Below are positions 12,794 through 27,467 of a stretch of DNA of 64,000 nt, one piece after another. Within the stretch, counting starts at the first letter, position 1. The number at the start of each line of letters is the position of its first letter. A program made the position numbers and the translations under genes. Source of the DNA: Laetmonice hystrix (Eukaryota); the NCBI GenBank assembly GCA_965235115.1, contig OZ249441.1:1612001-1676000 (forward strand). Direction: 5' to 3'. The notes under the pieces are model-generated. The model had not been told where the DNA came from. It made no database searches and saw only the letters and a list, made by a program, of their open reading frames with translations.

Positions 12794-13400
12794 GGTCCCA
12801 ACTCCCCGCTCCCACGCTCAGTGAACGCAGCAGACCATGTAGGCAGTCTGACCCCGTAATGGTTCGACCTGAAACACAGCATCTGTCCTTACTGAAATCT
12901 CATTCTCAAAGCCACCTCCTCATCACTACCAACATTCATACTTTGTCTTCCCAATATCAGAGCATCTCTTTGGCAACACTGTCTTTTTGGAACCAGAATA
13001 TGGGCGTTCTGTGCCTTGTCTGTGCCACGTTGTTAAAGTCAAATACAAGTCAACCATGGCCGGCATGCTCCACATAGTACCTGAGAGCCGGCTTTTTTAA
13101 ACCAACCAAACCAGCACCGACAGCCCGACACAACACACTGCAAACACGTTTCCTTTAAATGGCTCGGTTCTGACAGGTACAAAATGTGCCCACACATTGA
13201 TTTAATCCGTAATTAAGTTTAATATTTGATTACAGGTTATCAAGAAAATAGTCAGCTGGCCAATCTAGCTTCACGTAGGATTTCCAGTATAAATTCTTAC
13301 CCCAAAAAACTAGTCGCGTTGGGTAAATGGTATTTTAAAAAAACTAATCGCGTTAGGTAAATGGTATTCTAAAAATTGAGTGAAATAAATGCCGACCGTG

Positions 13401-14628
13401 CTATTGATACTGATTCATTAACCCATAGACCGACAGATACAACAAACCTATTGATACTGATTCATTAACCCATAGACCGACAGATACAACAAACCTATTG
13501 ATACTGATTCATTAACCCATAGACCGACAGATACAACAAACCTATTGATACTGATTCATTAACCCATAGACTGACAGATACAACAAACCTATTGATACTG
13601 ATTCATTAACCCATAGACCGACAGATACAACAAACCATAACGTGCTATTGATACTGATTCATTAACCCATAGACCGACAGATACAACAAACCATAACGTG
13701 CTATTGATACCGATTCATTAACCCATAGACCGACAGATACAACAAACCTATTGATACTGATTCATTAACCCATAGACCGACAGATACAACAAACCTATTG
13801 ATACTGATTCATTAACCCATAGACCGACAGATACAAACCATAACGTGCTATTGATACTGATTCATTAACCCATAGACCGACAGATACAACAAACCTATTG
13901 ATACTGATTCATTAACCCATAGACCGACAGATACAACAAACCTATTGATACTGATTCATTAACCCATAGACCGACAGATACAACAAACCTATTGATACTG
14001 ATTCATTAACCCATAGACCGACAGATACAACAAACCTATTGATACTGATTCATTAACCCATAGACCGACAGATACAACAAACCTATTGATACTGATTCAT
14101 TAACCCATAGACCGACAGATACAACAAACCTATTGATACTGATTCATTAACCCATAGACCGACAGATACAACAAACCTATTGATACTGATTCATTAACCC
14201 ATAGACCGACAGATACAACAAACCTATTGATACTGATTCATTAACCCATAGACCGACAGATACAACAAACCTATTGATACTGATTCATTAACCCATAGAC
14301 CGACAGATACAACAAACCTATTGATACTGATTCATTAACCCATAGATCGACAGATACAACAAACCATAACGTGCTATTGATACTGATTCATTAACCCATA
14401 GACCGACAGATACAACAAACCTATTGATACTGATTCATTAACCCATAGACCGACAGATACAAACCATAACGTTCTATTGATACTGATTCATTAACCCATA
14501 GATCGACAGATACAACAAACCTATTGATACTGATTCATTAACCCATAGACCGACAGATACAACAAACCTATTGATACTGATTCATTAACCCATAGACCGA
14601 CAGATACAACAAACCATAACGTGCTATT
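13401..14628. repeat. 47 bp minisatellite, about 25 copies with 54-57 bp variants
   Basis: ctattgatactgattcattaacccatagaccgacagatacaacaaac repeated; some units add cataacgtg. Confidence 0.97.
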
Positions 14629-17600
14629 CATGACTTTGGTATCCCATGTCACGTTGACTCAACAATTCCATCAACACTGTTCGCGTCATACTATTCCGTG
14701 TATGGTACAAACATCACTAACGTCGGAGAAAACAACCACATGATTCTTAAAATTCTCAATCTTCACAAAGCTTAATTACATATCTCAAACTATATACAGA
14801 ATTTATGTTTCTTATGCAGCCCACGGAACTCCCAATGCTGCAGTTGTACAGAGTATGTTAATTTTCACAAATCATCAAGAGTTGTGCATGTTCTTCACAC
14901 TAGGAGGCACTGCACTCCATGAGTTGTTCTTTGTCTTACTATTTTTAAACTGCTGTGGCATTACCCTTCAATACGTAAGGCTATGGTTCCTTACTTAGCT
15001 CTCTCTCTCCCGGTCAATACGAACCCATTGCCAGAGGCTCCGCTGCTGTCGTAGTGTGCTGGAAGGCCACTTAACAAAGATAATTGCCTTCATATATCAC
15101 TGAGCCATCCTCTTATCTATTTACTTTCTTAATGACCCATTTTTACTGAGGCGTTATCTTTCACAGCCTCCTTGAGGTCTTTCTTGCACGCATGGGTTTG
15201 GTATATATGTACAACAATGCACAGATGTCATTATGTGTGCAGACAAAAAAAAAACATCACAATCTAAGGGTAACGTATAAAGATTGGAAAATATATCTCT
15301 ATTATCATGTGCCAACTTCCAATAAGTAGGACCGACTACCTCCATTATAAGCTGCGGTTGACTTTTTGCCTTGGTTGGTTTATAAGTACTTTACTGAGGA
15401 CCAATTCCCCTTGGACTGAAAAAAAACTCCCTTCTGATACTAGTGAGTAAACAAGGCACCAGATGGCAGGACTGTGCAGCCTGAAGCCAGTGCACGCTTT
15501 TGTGTGCTGTCATGTTGCCCTACATCCAACATGCCTGACCTATTTAGCGATACAAGGTCCATTTCCTTTCAGGTCGAAAGTAATATTCGACAATACTCTT
15601 GTCCTTTAAAATAAACAAACGTCTTCTTAACCAAAGAGTTTTTGGTTTATTTCTAGCACATTATGGAGAAGTTCAGTGACCTGGGTACGACACCGCCTGT
15701 CAACTGCCCTCCAGGTCATGAACATATAGTTAGCCTTGTGGTGTACTAAACTGATGACTGCCAAGCTTTCACAACCAGTAGTCTAGGTCAAGCAAGCGTC
15801 AGCTCTAGGCTCCCACCAACAGGGCCCCCTTCTTCTACACTACCAGTCCTAAATATGTCAAAATTTTACGTTAACTGAATAATTAATTCATGCAGACACA
15901 AACACAAATTTATTACCGTATACTTTTCAATATAAATAAAATAAATATTAGAGATAACGTCTAAGGTCTTGAACATAGTCCATACTTGACCAGGCAGTAC
16001 CCCTCCCCATAATATAAGGGTGCAAAGTTAACCAGCTTCCAGAACCTTAGACATTTCGCTTTCACGCAGTTAATATTAGAGTTGCATTTTTGTTGTTGAA
16101 ATCAAACTACTTCCCATGCATGTTAATTCTGTGGAGTCCGACTCTCAGGAATTTGATGCATTTAGGTCAAAGTTATATAAAAGAATACATTACTGAAGAC
16201 AGATTGTCTCCAAGTGAAAAAACAATATATTTTCTGTAGGTGGATCTGACTGGCAGATACTCCTTACTGGTGACAGCAAATATACTCAAAATCATCCTTC
16301 AACTCAGAAACATTTCCAATTTGAAGGAGATAAGAAAGCTCAATGAGATTCCCATTACCACTCTCCAGTATTCCGTTTTAAATCTAGCCACCTCTTTTCA
16401 AATAACAGTCCAGTATTCAGTTTTAAATATGGCCACCTCCTTTCAAATAAACAGTCACCTACATCGAAAAGCTTTGAACCTCAAGTGGGGGTTTTGCCCT
16501 CACCAGAAATTATAGGACTTTAAATAGATTTACCTTTTACCAAAGATTTTCAGCAACTTTACTTTTTTTTTTTTTTTTTAAATTTCCAAATTCACAGACT
16601 GTCAAGGAGTGTGGTGATCCTGAACCACTCAGGGTCAGACAGCTACTTCTCTGACTCGGTATCAGCAAGGCGGGAAACACTAGTCTCTTTGGTACCTGAA
16701 AAACTGACTCGGACCTCGAGTGACAATTACCAGGGGCAAGCCAGGCTACAAGCCATGCTGTCTTATTGCTGGCTGAAATCTTTCTGAAGTTTCCACACGA
16801 CAGACCTTAGGTGCCTTATCTTTCTTTATCAATCTCCCGATGGAAAGTCAGTTCTACCTACTGAGGTATGCTTGGCCAATAGAATCTAGTGATCTCTTTT
16901 TTTTAACCAACATGAGGTCAATCATATGTTTACAGGTGGAAGCCGGTGTGCTCAAGTCAACAAAACAAAGTTCATCTCCAGGCTATCCCACTCAAGGAGG
17001 AAATATTACACGTAGAGGCAATATTCCCGGGAACTTACTACAATCTGGCACGGATCTGACCCCAACTTTACAAACGTCAGAGGGGTTGGGGGTTAGGTGA
17101 ATATTAGCACATCTCATTCCTGTTCCTCCATCCCATTGTGAAAAGTTCAATGTTTAGACCGGAAAGCAAGCTCCCCTGCTTTACTTCTCTCTATCATCAA
17201 TTCAGGTTTGATATATTTCAATGTGATTTTCTGTGAGAAATATTTAACTCTTCACGTGCCTGGTTACAACACTAAACCCAGAATGTATTCAGGAGACTCC
17301 GGACTCTTGAGGTGTTTCAGGACAACCTGGGGCTCAAAGACGTGACAATTATTGATTAAATGTGAAATTCTGTGCTACCACGTGTCAGACTGTGCCATGC
17401 TGAGAATCCGTAATAATTCGGTTATTTTTGGTGATCCAACAAAAGTGACATTAAAAGCAGATGATATATTGTAAGGAAAGCTTCTGCTCACGCCACTGGT
17501 CAATGCATACACAAGAGCTTTTACTAAATGCAGGCTTGCTCCACATATAACTCTCAGCTTCTCGACAACCATGGAATATGGAAGCTACAAGGGACTTATT

Positions 17601-18367
17601 CCATCTAAATTTATAGAGGTCCCAATCTCACTGACCATTCCACCCCGCCATCTACTGGAGCTTTGTAACTAGAGACCCTCAGAGAAACTGAATATATATG
17701 TACCGTACATTCTGCAATGTGGATTCCCAGGGATTCCATATTCACTTTTACTTTAACCTCAAAGAGATCAGTTCACCATACCCATTGCTATTTGTGTTCT
17801 ACATTTATGTGTTTGCTGTTAACAGACACAACAGGATTCTCGTAGTTACTGGTAATTGTGGACTAAACCTGGAGACAGGAAGGCACTCAACATTAAACAG
17901 CCTTCTCAGACGGTTTGGACCTATTCCTGTCGTAAAGTTAAAACTTCAATAACGCGCATCCTAAAAACATATGTCTGCATTTAAAAGGTCACTGTAGTTA
18001 TCTCTCAAACTTTCTAGTTATATGACAACTAAATAATGACAACAAGTTACTCTGTGAAACTATTAGGCTAATTTATCAGCAGCAGGCTTGCGAAAATCTC
18101 CTTTCATGATAACATCAATATCAATACTCAATTTCAGGTCATTCAACTGTTTGCATGAAAACCCTAACTGATTGTGAAAGATGAAGCCGAGGCTGTTATC
18201 TGCGCAGCACCATGCTTACCCACGTGCCGCACGACTAACGGACGTCTTGCTCAAACTGAGACAACTCAATTTGCAAAGCTGAGTGAAACAGAACTTTGCA
18301 CTTCATGCACTCTGAAAAAAAGTAGCCGGCCCTGTGAGGCTGTCCCCCATCCCGACCAGTAACCAGG

Positions 18368-19008
18368 CTGAGGGTAGGTCTGGTCCAGCATAAACTGACT
18401 GTGGATATAGCCGTTAGCTTACCACATAATGTCTGTACTGATTATCTAACACTAATTATCTCAGAACATGAAACTACTAGAACTTATGTAACTTGAGCAA
18501 CAACACAGCCTCGATATTGTCTCTGTCTGAGGGTAGGTCTGGTCCAGCATAAACTGACTGTGGATATAGCAGTTTACCTACCACATAATGTCTGTACTGA
18601 TTATCTAACACTAATTATCTCAGAACATGAAACTACTAGAACTTATGTAACCTGAGCAACAACAGCGCCTCGATATTGTCTCTGTCTGAGGGTAGGTCTG
18701 GTCCAGCATAAACTGACTGTGGATATATGTAGCAGTTAGCCTACCACATAATGTCTGTACTGATTATCTAACACTAATTATCTCAGAACATAAACCTACT
18801 AGAACTTATGTAACCTGAGCAACAGCAGAGCCTCGATATTGTCTCTGTCTGAGGGTAGGTCTGGTCCAGCATAAACTGACTGTGGATATAGCAGTTTACC
18901 TACCAAATAATGTCTGTACTGATTATCTAACACTAATTATCTCAGAACATGAAACTACTAGAACTTATGTAACCTGAGCAACAAGAGAGGCTCGATATTG
19001 TCTCTGTC
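18368..19008. repeat. Four tandem copies of a unit of about 160 bp
   Basis: ctgagggtaggtctggtccagcataaactgactgtggatat... starts at 18368, 18527, 18686, 18849. Confidence 0.95.
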
Positions 19009-20192
19009 TATCCATCCGAATTTGTCAAATCCCTTGGTTTTACATCCGTTATAATTATATTTCATTAGAAGTTCTCAATGACTTTTCAGTTTCCTTGGAG
19101 GAATCGTTCCAAAAGAGGCAGATTAAAATTGTTTCATCGACCATTCCTTCCATAAAGTATCACCCTTGACAATATCATGTATATTCATAGCGCGCCCTGG
19201 GTATCTCGTCAAGCATGATCAAATAGCTCGGGAAAGTGACACTGACAACCCTCTCATGAATGGATTCATGGATCGTACTGACGGACGGCTACATAATACT
19301 TGGGTATCTTTTTATTCTCTAAATTCCTGACAAAATAAACACCAATTAATAGATCACCTGCAAGGATAACTTGAACGACACTTATTGAAGCTGTTAACCT
19401 ATGAAATTACCTTCATTGGTGAAACATCAGAATTATTTTCCCGTCTCTGTCTTAACAGTGGCTTTGCATGGCTCTAACTGCAATTTACATGAACTTCTGC
19501 TGGATGATTTTAAAGTTTCACCATTGAATAATTTCTCGGTTCATACTTTATTCCTGGGTATTCTAATCCCAATGAACTATTTTATATGGCACGATCTCTA
19601 CACACCTTCAATTTTCCAACGAAAATAAACGAAATAAAAAAAAAAAAAAAAAATAAAAAAAAAACGATGGTTGAAAAAATCCACTGACCACAGTGAAAGC
19701 TAAGACAAAATTTATTTTAGCAGAATTCCACGTTTTTCACAGAAATGTAACCTGGATCTTTGATGTGTCCCCTGACTGTTGTTACTAAGTGTATTGGCAT
19801 TCTAGTAAATCGTAAACATGACCCTCTACTCAGCCTTTAAAAAAACCCCTTCCCTGCTGCCTAAGATAACGACCATTACAACCGCTATTTCAGATCCTTG
19901 TTGCCGCGTGATAAGAACTGATGATGTTTGAAATGGGATACCAAATATCAGCACCTGGGTCCCAGGGATGTAACGTAGTCAGCATGGTTGCTCACTACAT
20001 TCATGTTTGTGGTGAAAAAATCGCGGGGCTCCGGCTGCAGGTTGTACTCCCGGCACGGCCCCTTTCATAGACGCCAGCTGTTGGCAGCATGCCAACACAT
20101 GAAACTCATTGTAATTTACTATCACGGTTTACACACTGAGGACAACATCAATATATCACCCACCTCTGAATCAGTCATCACCTTCACGTATT

Positions 20193-23100
20193 CACAACCC
20201 CTATCACTGTACTACGATACTCTCACACCCAACACAGCACAACCCCGATCACTGTACTACGATACTCTCACACCCGACACAGCACAACCCCTATCACTGT
20301 ACTACGATACTCTCACACCCGACACAGCACAACCCCTATCACTGTACTACGATACTCTCACACCCAACACAGCACAACCCCTATCACTGTACGATACTCT
20401 CACACCCGACACAGCACAACCCCTATCACTGTACTACGATACTCTCACACCCGACACAGCACACTGTACTACGATACTCTCACACCCAACACAGCACAAC
20501 CCCTATCACTGTACTACGATACTCTCACACCCGACACAGCACAACCCCATCACTGTACTACGATACTCTCACACTCGACACAGCACAACCCCTATCACTG
20601 TACTACGATACTCTCACACCCGACACAGCACAACCCTATCACTGTACTACGATACTCTCACACCCGACACAGCACAACCCCTATCACTGTACTACGATAC
20701 TCTCACACCCGACACAGCACAACCCCTATCACTGTACTACGATACTCTCACACCCGACACAGCACAACCCCTATCACTGTACTACGATACTCTCACACCC
20801 AACACAGCACAACCCCCATCACTGTACTACGATACTCTCACACCCAACACAGCACAACCCCTATCACTGTACTACGATACTCTCACACCCGACACAGCAC
20901 AACCCCTATCACTGTACTACGATACTCTCACACCCGACACAGCACAACCCCTATCACTGTACTACGATACTCTCACACCCGACACAGCACAACCCCTATC
21001 ACTGTACTACGATACTCTCACACCCGACACAGCACAACCCCTATCACTGTACTACGATACTCTCACAGCACAACCCCTATCACTGTACTACGATACTCTC
21101 ACACCCAACACAGCACAACCCCTATCACTGTACTACGATACTCTCACACCCGACACAGCACAACCCCTATCACTGTACTACGATACTCTCACACCCGACA
21201 CAGCACAACCCCCATCAGTGTACTACGATACTCTCACACCCGACACAGCACAACCCCATCACTGTACTACGATACTCTCACACCCGACACAGCACAACCC
21301 CTATCACTGTACTACGATACTCTCACACTCGACACAGCACAACCCCTATCACTGTACTACGATACTCTCACACCCAACACAGCACAACCCCTATCACTGT
21401 ACTACGATACTCTCACACACAACACAGCACAACCCCTATCACTGTACTACGATACTCTCACACCCAACACAGCACAACCCCTATCACTGTACTACAATAC
21501 TCTCACACCCGACACAGCACAACCCCTATCACTGTACTACGATACTCTCACACCCGACACAGCACAACCCCGATCACTGTACTACGATACTCTCACACCC
21601 GACACAGCACAACCCCTATCACTGTACTACGATACTCTCACACCCAACACAGCACAACCCCTATCACTGTACTACGATACTCTCACACCCGACACAGCTC
21701 AACCCCTATCACTGTATTACGATACTCTCACACCCGACACAGCACAACCCCTATCACTGTACTACGATACTCTCACACCCGACACAGCACAACCCCTATC
21801 ACTGTACTACGATACTCTCACACCCAACACAGCACAACCCCTATCACTGTACTACGATACTCTCACACCCGACACAGCACAACCCCTATCACTGTACTAC
21901 GATACTCTCACACCCGACACAGCACAACCCCTATCACTGTACTACGATACTCTCACACCCGACACAGCACAACCCCTATCACTGTACTACGATACTCTCA
22001 CACCCAACACAGCACAACCCCTATCACTGTACTACGATACTCTCACACCCGACACAGCACAACCCCCATCACTGTACTACGATACTCTCACACCCAACAC
22101 AGCACAACCCCCATCACTGTACTACGATACTCTCACACCCAACACAGCACAACCCCTATCACTGTACTACGATACTCTCACACCCAACACAGCACAACCC
22201 CTATCACTGTACTACGATACTCTCACACCCAACACAGCACACTGTACTACGATACTCTCACACCCGACACAGCACAACCCCTATCACTGTACTACGATAC
22301 TCTCACACCCGACACAGCACAACCCCTATCACTGTACTACGATACTCTCACACCCGACACAGCACAACCCCTATCACTGTACTACGATACTCTCACACCC
22401 GACACAGCACAACCCCTATCACTGTACTACGATACTCTCACACCCAACACAGCACAACCCCTATCACTGTACTACGATACTCTCACACCCGACACAGCAC
22501 AACCCCCATCACTGTACTACGATACTCTCACACCCAACACAGCACAACCCCTATCACTGTACTACGATACTCTCACACCCAACACAGCACAACCCCTATC
22601 ACTGTACTACGATACTCTCACACCCAACACAGCACACTGTACTACGATACTCTCACACCCGACACAGCACAACCCCTATCACTGTACTACGATACTCTCA
22701 CACCCGACACAGCACAACCCCTATCACTGTACTACGATACTCTCACACCCGACACAGCACAACCCCTATCACTGTACTACGATACTCTCACACCCGACAC
22801 AGCACAACCCTATCACTGTACTACGATACTCTCACACCCGACACAGCACAACCCCTATCACTGTACTACGATACTCTCACACCCAACACAGCACAACCCC
22901 TATCACTGTACTACGATACTCTCACACCCGACACAGCACACTGTACTACGATACTCTCACACCCGACACAGCACAACCCCTATCACTGTACTACGATACT
23001 CTCACACCCGACACAGCACAACCCCTATCACTGTACTACGATACTCTCACACCCGACACAGCACAACCCCTATCACTGTACTACGATACTCTCACACCCA

Positions 23101-23290
23101 ACACAGCACAACCCCTATCACTGTACTACGATACTCTCACACCCGACACAGCACACTGTACTACGATACTCTCACACCCGACACAGCACAACCCCTATCA
23201 CTGTACTACGATACTCTCACACCCGACACAGCACAACCCCTATCACTGTACTACGATACTCTCACACCCGACACAGCACAACCCCCATCA
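20193..23290. repeat. 45 bp minisatellite of about 3.1 kb (about 70 copies)
   Basis: cactgtactacgatactctcacacccgacacagcacaacccctat; explains the 1123 aa ORF. Confidence 0.98.
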
Positions 23291-23721
23291 ATAAAGCTAC
23301 TATCTGTGGTTATAAGAGAGTCATCAAATTTTCACTATAGCTATTTCTCAACAGGATGATGTTGAGCCTCTTGGTGACTGGCGCCGACTTAGAGGCCAGT
23401 CTACCGACTCTCCCAGCACACCCAACAATGACTATAGTACCCCAGAAGATAAAACCAAGATACAAGTTGGTGGCACTAAATATAAATGCTGGTTAAATAA
23501 TAAATGCAGCTGTCTTACTAGGATATCCTTCCCATTGATACACCCCTAATAATTCTTGCTGTAAAAACGATTTGGACGATTTGGGAGGATTTAGGGAGCG
23601 ACCTACGCGACGTGCTCATGGATGTCACACAGAGTTACAGCTCAAAACAACATTTTGCAGAGAAACTTACCTCCGATTTCTAATTATTTGGCAAATCACT
23701 GGAAAAAAGGAAATTACAAAC

Positions 23722-24132
23722 CTGTGAACTGCTCTGTTGCTGGCTTTGCTGCTGTTGTGTCGGATGTTGCTGGGGCTGCTGCTGTGTTGACTGCTGGTGT
23801 TGATTTTGATGCTGCATCTGGCTTGACTGTTGAGGTAGCTGTTGCTGCTGTGGTGGCCCTGATGACTGTGATGTTGGTTGGGGTGGTTGTTGTGTCTGGC
23901 CAGAATTCTGGGATGACTGCTGAGAGGCCTGTTGTTGCTGTTGTTGTTGTTGTTGCTGTTGTTGTTGCTGTTGTTGTTGTGGGCTCTGCCCCATCATGTT
24001 GGCCACTTGGCCCTGAGGCCCTTGCTGGCCTGGCTGACTTTGTTGATTCAGTTGGTTTTGCTGGCCAATGAAGTGCTGGCCTTGTGGCCCGTAAGACCCC
24101 TGGCCTTCCTGTTGCCCATATTGTGGAGGCAT
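23722..24132 (-). CDS. ARID1: ARID1 coding exon 3 (Q-rich, contains Q17 tract)
   Basis: Acceptor tatag|ATGCCT, donor CAG|gtttgt, 411 nt phase 0-0. Confidence 0.85.
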
Positions 24133-24588
24133 CTATAAGTAATTGGCATGAACATATAATTATTCATCTTAGAAAATTTACAAGAATAAGGCTAAATGTG
24201 CAGTAATATACCACAGCTCTCAGTTCACTTAACAATTTGAGAATTATTTCAATTAGCATTTTCTAATTTCAAAAAGAAACACTTCACATGCAGTATCCAC
24301 TACATATTCATTAACCTTTTACAAAAACTTGAAACTTGTTTATATCTTCCTTCTCTTTATTCTTTTTAGACAAATGTCATAATTATGTGCTTGAAATTAC
24401 ATCAAAAGTTACAAAAATAAAATTAATTATTCTACTGGTGTTTCCTTCTGGGAAAAAAAATAGTAAAATTAAAATAAAGAACACCAGGCTAAATATCTTT
24501 TTCACCAACATATTCGAACGGCGCTGCATGATCTACAAATGACGTAACAGCCCATTTATACATTCTTAACAAAAAATCTTTCTTTTAC

Positions 24589-24789
24589 CTGTTGACCAAA
24601 GGGCATGCCAGGCCTTCCTTGCTGACCCTGCATCTGAGGATAACCTCTTGGCGAGGAGGAGTTGGGCGAGAACTGTTGTTGCTGAGCTCCATACTGCTGA
24701 CCTGGATGCCCTGGTCCGGGACCTTGGCCCTGCTGTTGATATCCTGGTGCCATGCCCGGCCGGCGCTGACTGGGATCATACATGCCAAC
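24589..24789 (-). CDS. ARID1: ARID1 coding exon 2 (VGMYDPSQRRPGMAPGY...PFGQQ)
   Basis: Acceptor ttggtttcag, donor CAG|gtaaaa, 201 nt phase 0-0. Confidence 0.85.
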
Positions 24790-25904
24790 CTGAAACCAAT
24801 CATCAAAGTATTCCATTAAAAACAACATTTTTAGTCAGAGCAATTTCTTTAATGCGAGTAGTTGAAAGCTGAAACACATCTTTATTCCCATTAAAAGGGA
24901 CAAATCATATCAGCTGAGAACTGCGATGGCAAGGAAAAGTGGATTATTTTAAAAGGACCAGTCAAATTTAAGACGAAAAGACTCAAAGAACAGAAGATAT
25001 CAAGGGTGCACCATCTCATCTTAGCGGAAAAGTTATTGCACATGTATGTCTTTTGAAAACAAATAGAACATAACTTGCAGGGGTTTCGCCAGCTTTTTCT
25101 CAGCATAAAATACACTATAGACTTACAGGCTGCTACGCGGTCACTGAAACAGCGCTGTGCCATTAAAAATAGTCTAAATTTATCAGAACCCTCCAGAAAT
25201 TCGCAAAACTATTCATTGTATAAGGTGCAATTTAGCACTTATCAGGTGTTCTCATATTTTTATGCCACTTACATCATTTTGACCATGGACGATAAAGATT
25301 CGATTATTTCTGATATTCTGATATGTATGGTGATCACTGTTATAACTATCAAACATTCTGGCACGAATACTGACTTGAAGTGTGTAAACGGTAACATAAA
25401 AGGTTTAATTTTCAACATCTTAATATATTAAGTTACCTCAATGCCTATGTGACACGCAGGAGATTCTGAAAATTTGAGTACAAAGTTCATGCAAGCTTGG
25501 GTTATTTTAAAGGTGTACTTCATCATCAAACTGAGCAAAGTGATTACCGGTACCCCAAGGCCTCACGAGTCAAAATTAAGTGTGGTGATAAAAAGGCTTG
25601 TATTCATTCATTTCAATTTCAATGTCGTCCTGGGGAAAAAATTGTGTAAAAGAAAATTCGTTAGGAATTTAGCAGAGCAATAAAAAAATTACCGATTTTT
25701 GAAATTGATCTACCAACTCCAAACTTGGTAAATGTCCAGACTAACAAATAATACGAAGTCTTCTGCTCTACGGATCGAGGACATTTTTTAATGTAACTAT
25801 TCTGTCACTACTGTGATGAATGTCGGCGGGCAGAGGGAATCAGTGTAGTAGAGGAGGATATATCGATCTCTGTGGATCATCAACTGGGCAGCCCTGCTGA
25901 GACC

Positions 25905-25954
25905 GGCGGCGGGCGGCGGGCGGCGGGCGGCGGGCGGCGGGCGGCGGGCGGCGG
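25905..25954 (+). repeat. (GGCGGCG)n heptamer repeat, about 7 copies, G-quadruplex motif
   Basis: Successive GGG runs separated by 4 nt. Confidence 0.9.
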
Positions 25955-27467
25955 CCGGGGGCCCGGGAGCTGCCAGCCCACACCTTAACCCTCCCCCTGC
26001 ACCAGCAGCGCAGGGGCGCAACAAAAAAAACTATTTCAGAATCAAATTAAAAAGAAAAATGTATTTGAACCTTGACCTTTACGCCGATCCTTCCTACCAT
26101 CACCTACTACGTTGAGCATGGCGAGAATAACGACCCTTCAGCTGCTGTGTTATTATCTAAACTCTTCTTGCCATGAATGAACGGATATACACAAATAAAT
26201 CGGAGGGATTGCGGGCGACTGGTGGGTGGGTGGGTGTGACTCAAGTACCGTTATTTGTACTGCTCGGTCCAGGGCCAGGAGACTGAATGAACCTGATCGA
26301 CTCACTGTCATCATACCGGGGCCGACTGGTGGCCACATGGCTAATCAACATAATGGCAGTGTGTAAATGCCATATATGCCATGATCTACTATCAATTACA
26401 GTGAGGCCACTTTGAGCCTCTTGTTGACTGGCGCAGACTGAGACGCCGGCCTGCCGACTTTAGCTCATCCACAACTTATCATAAATAGACATCCGAGAGA
26501 AACAGGCCATTAGCAAACAGGTGGTCTCATTTAGAGCTTAATGTCTCCATGTGGGGGGTCAGTCAGCTCTCCTGACGTCACATTCACCCTCCCCTACCCT
26601 CCACCACTGTAGTTTTTCACTGTTTCTAATTATAAACATTATGTCCAACTAAAGGGGCTGCTAAGGTCATTGGTTTCAACACAGAAATTGTGAACCACGA
26701 TAAAATTGGATTATGACGCCAACTCTAAATTTCTCTAACCTGGTACAATCTCATGCTCATTTGTCTATTTTGGAATCTTCAATCACAAATTGACTTTTAT
26801 TGAATGAAATAGACTACACAAGGCCGACGCACGTCATCATGCAGTAAACAATAATCACCTAAAGACCTACATTCAATCTGTTGCCTGTCATTCTGACAGT
26901 AATAGCTGATTCCAAATTTGTACCAGCTCCCTTCACACATCCCATGGTAGGGCCGACCATGTTGATGTGTTAATGGAGGCAGTACAAGTATGATGCTGTT
27001 CACGCAGCATGGGCGCCCATACTGTGTCTACAGCATCATATTCTGTCCATTAAAGTCCATCTCCCAAGGAACTTTACCTACTCTACAAAAGCATCAGGGA
27101 GTAACTATTTGAGACGCATGGGTCCAGTCTATAAGGACCAAGGCCAGGTGGGCAGGAATAATTCATTATCTCTCCTCTGAAATCTCCTTGTTCCAGAGAC
27201 AGTTTTCATTTTTCCTTGCATTCTGTCGCATGTATCAAATAATCAAGGCTTGCCACTCATCATGTTCTATTGATTATTTTTAGCACAAATTTTGTTAATT
27301 TAAAAGCTATGCCCTGTTGGTGCACTTAAAGGCTTTATCATTGTTCATAATTTGCTGTTGCACTTGACCCGATGATTAAAGGAAGCCAGCCAACTACAAT
27401 GTCTGTGTAACGGTTTTTAAGGGTTTCCATACATTGTTTATTATAACAGGTGTTCAGACTCCTCTTG

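Noticed and set aside
13401-14628. CRISPR-like appearance of the long regular arrays (also 20193-23290, 27468-28618, 51046-53075)
   Set aside because: Units are head-to-tail with no unique spacers, there are no cas genes, and the context is eukaryotic introns.
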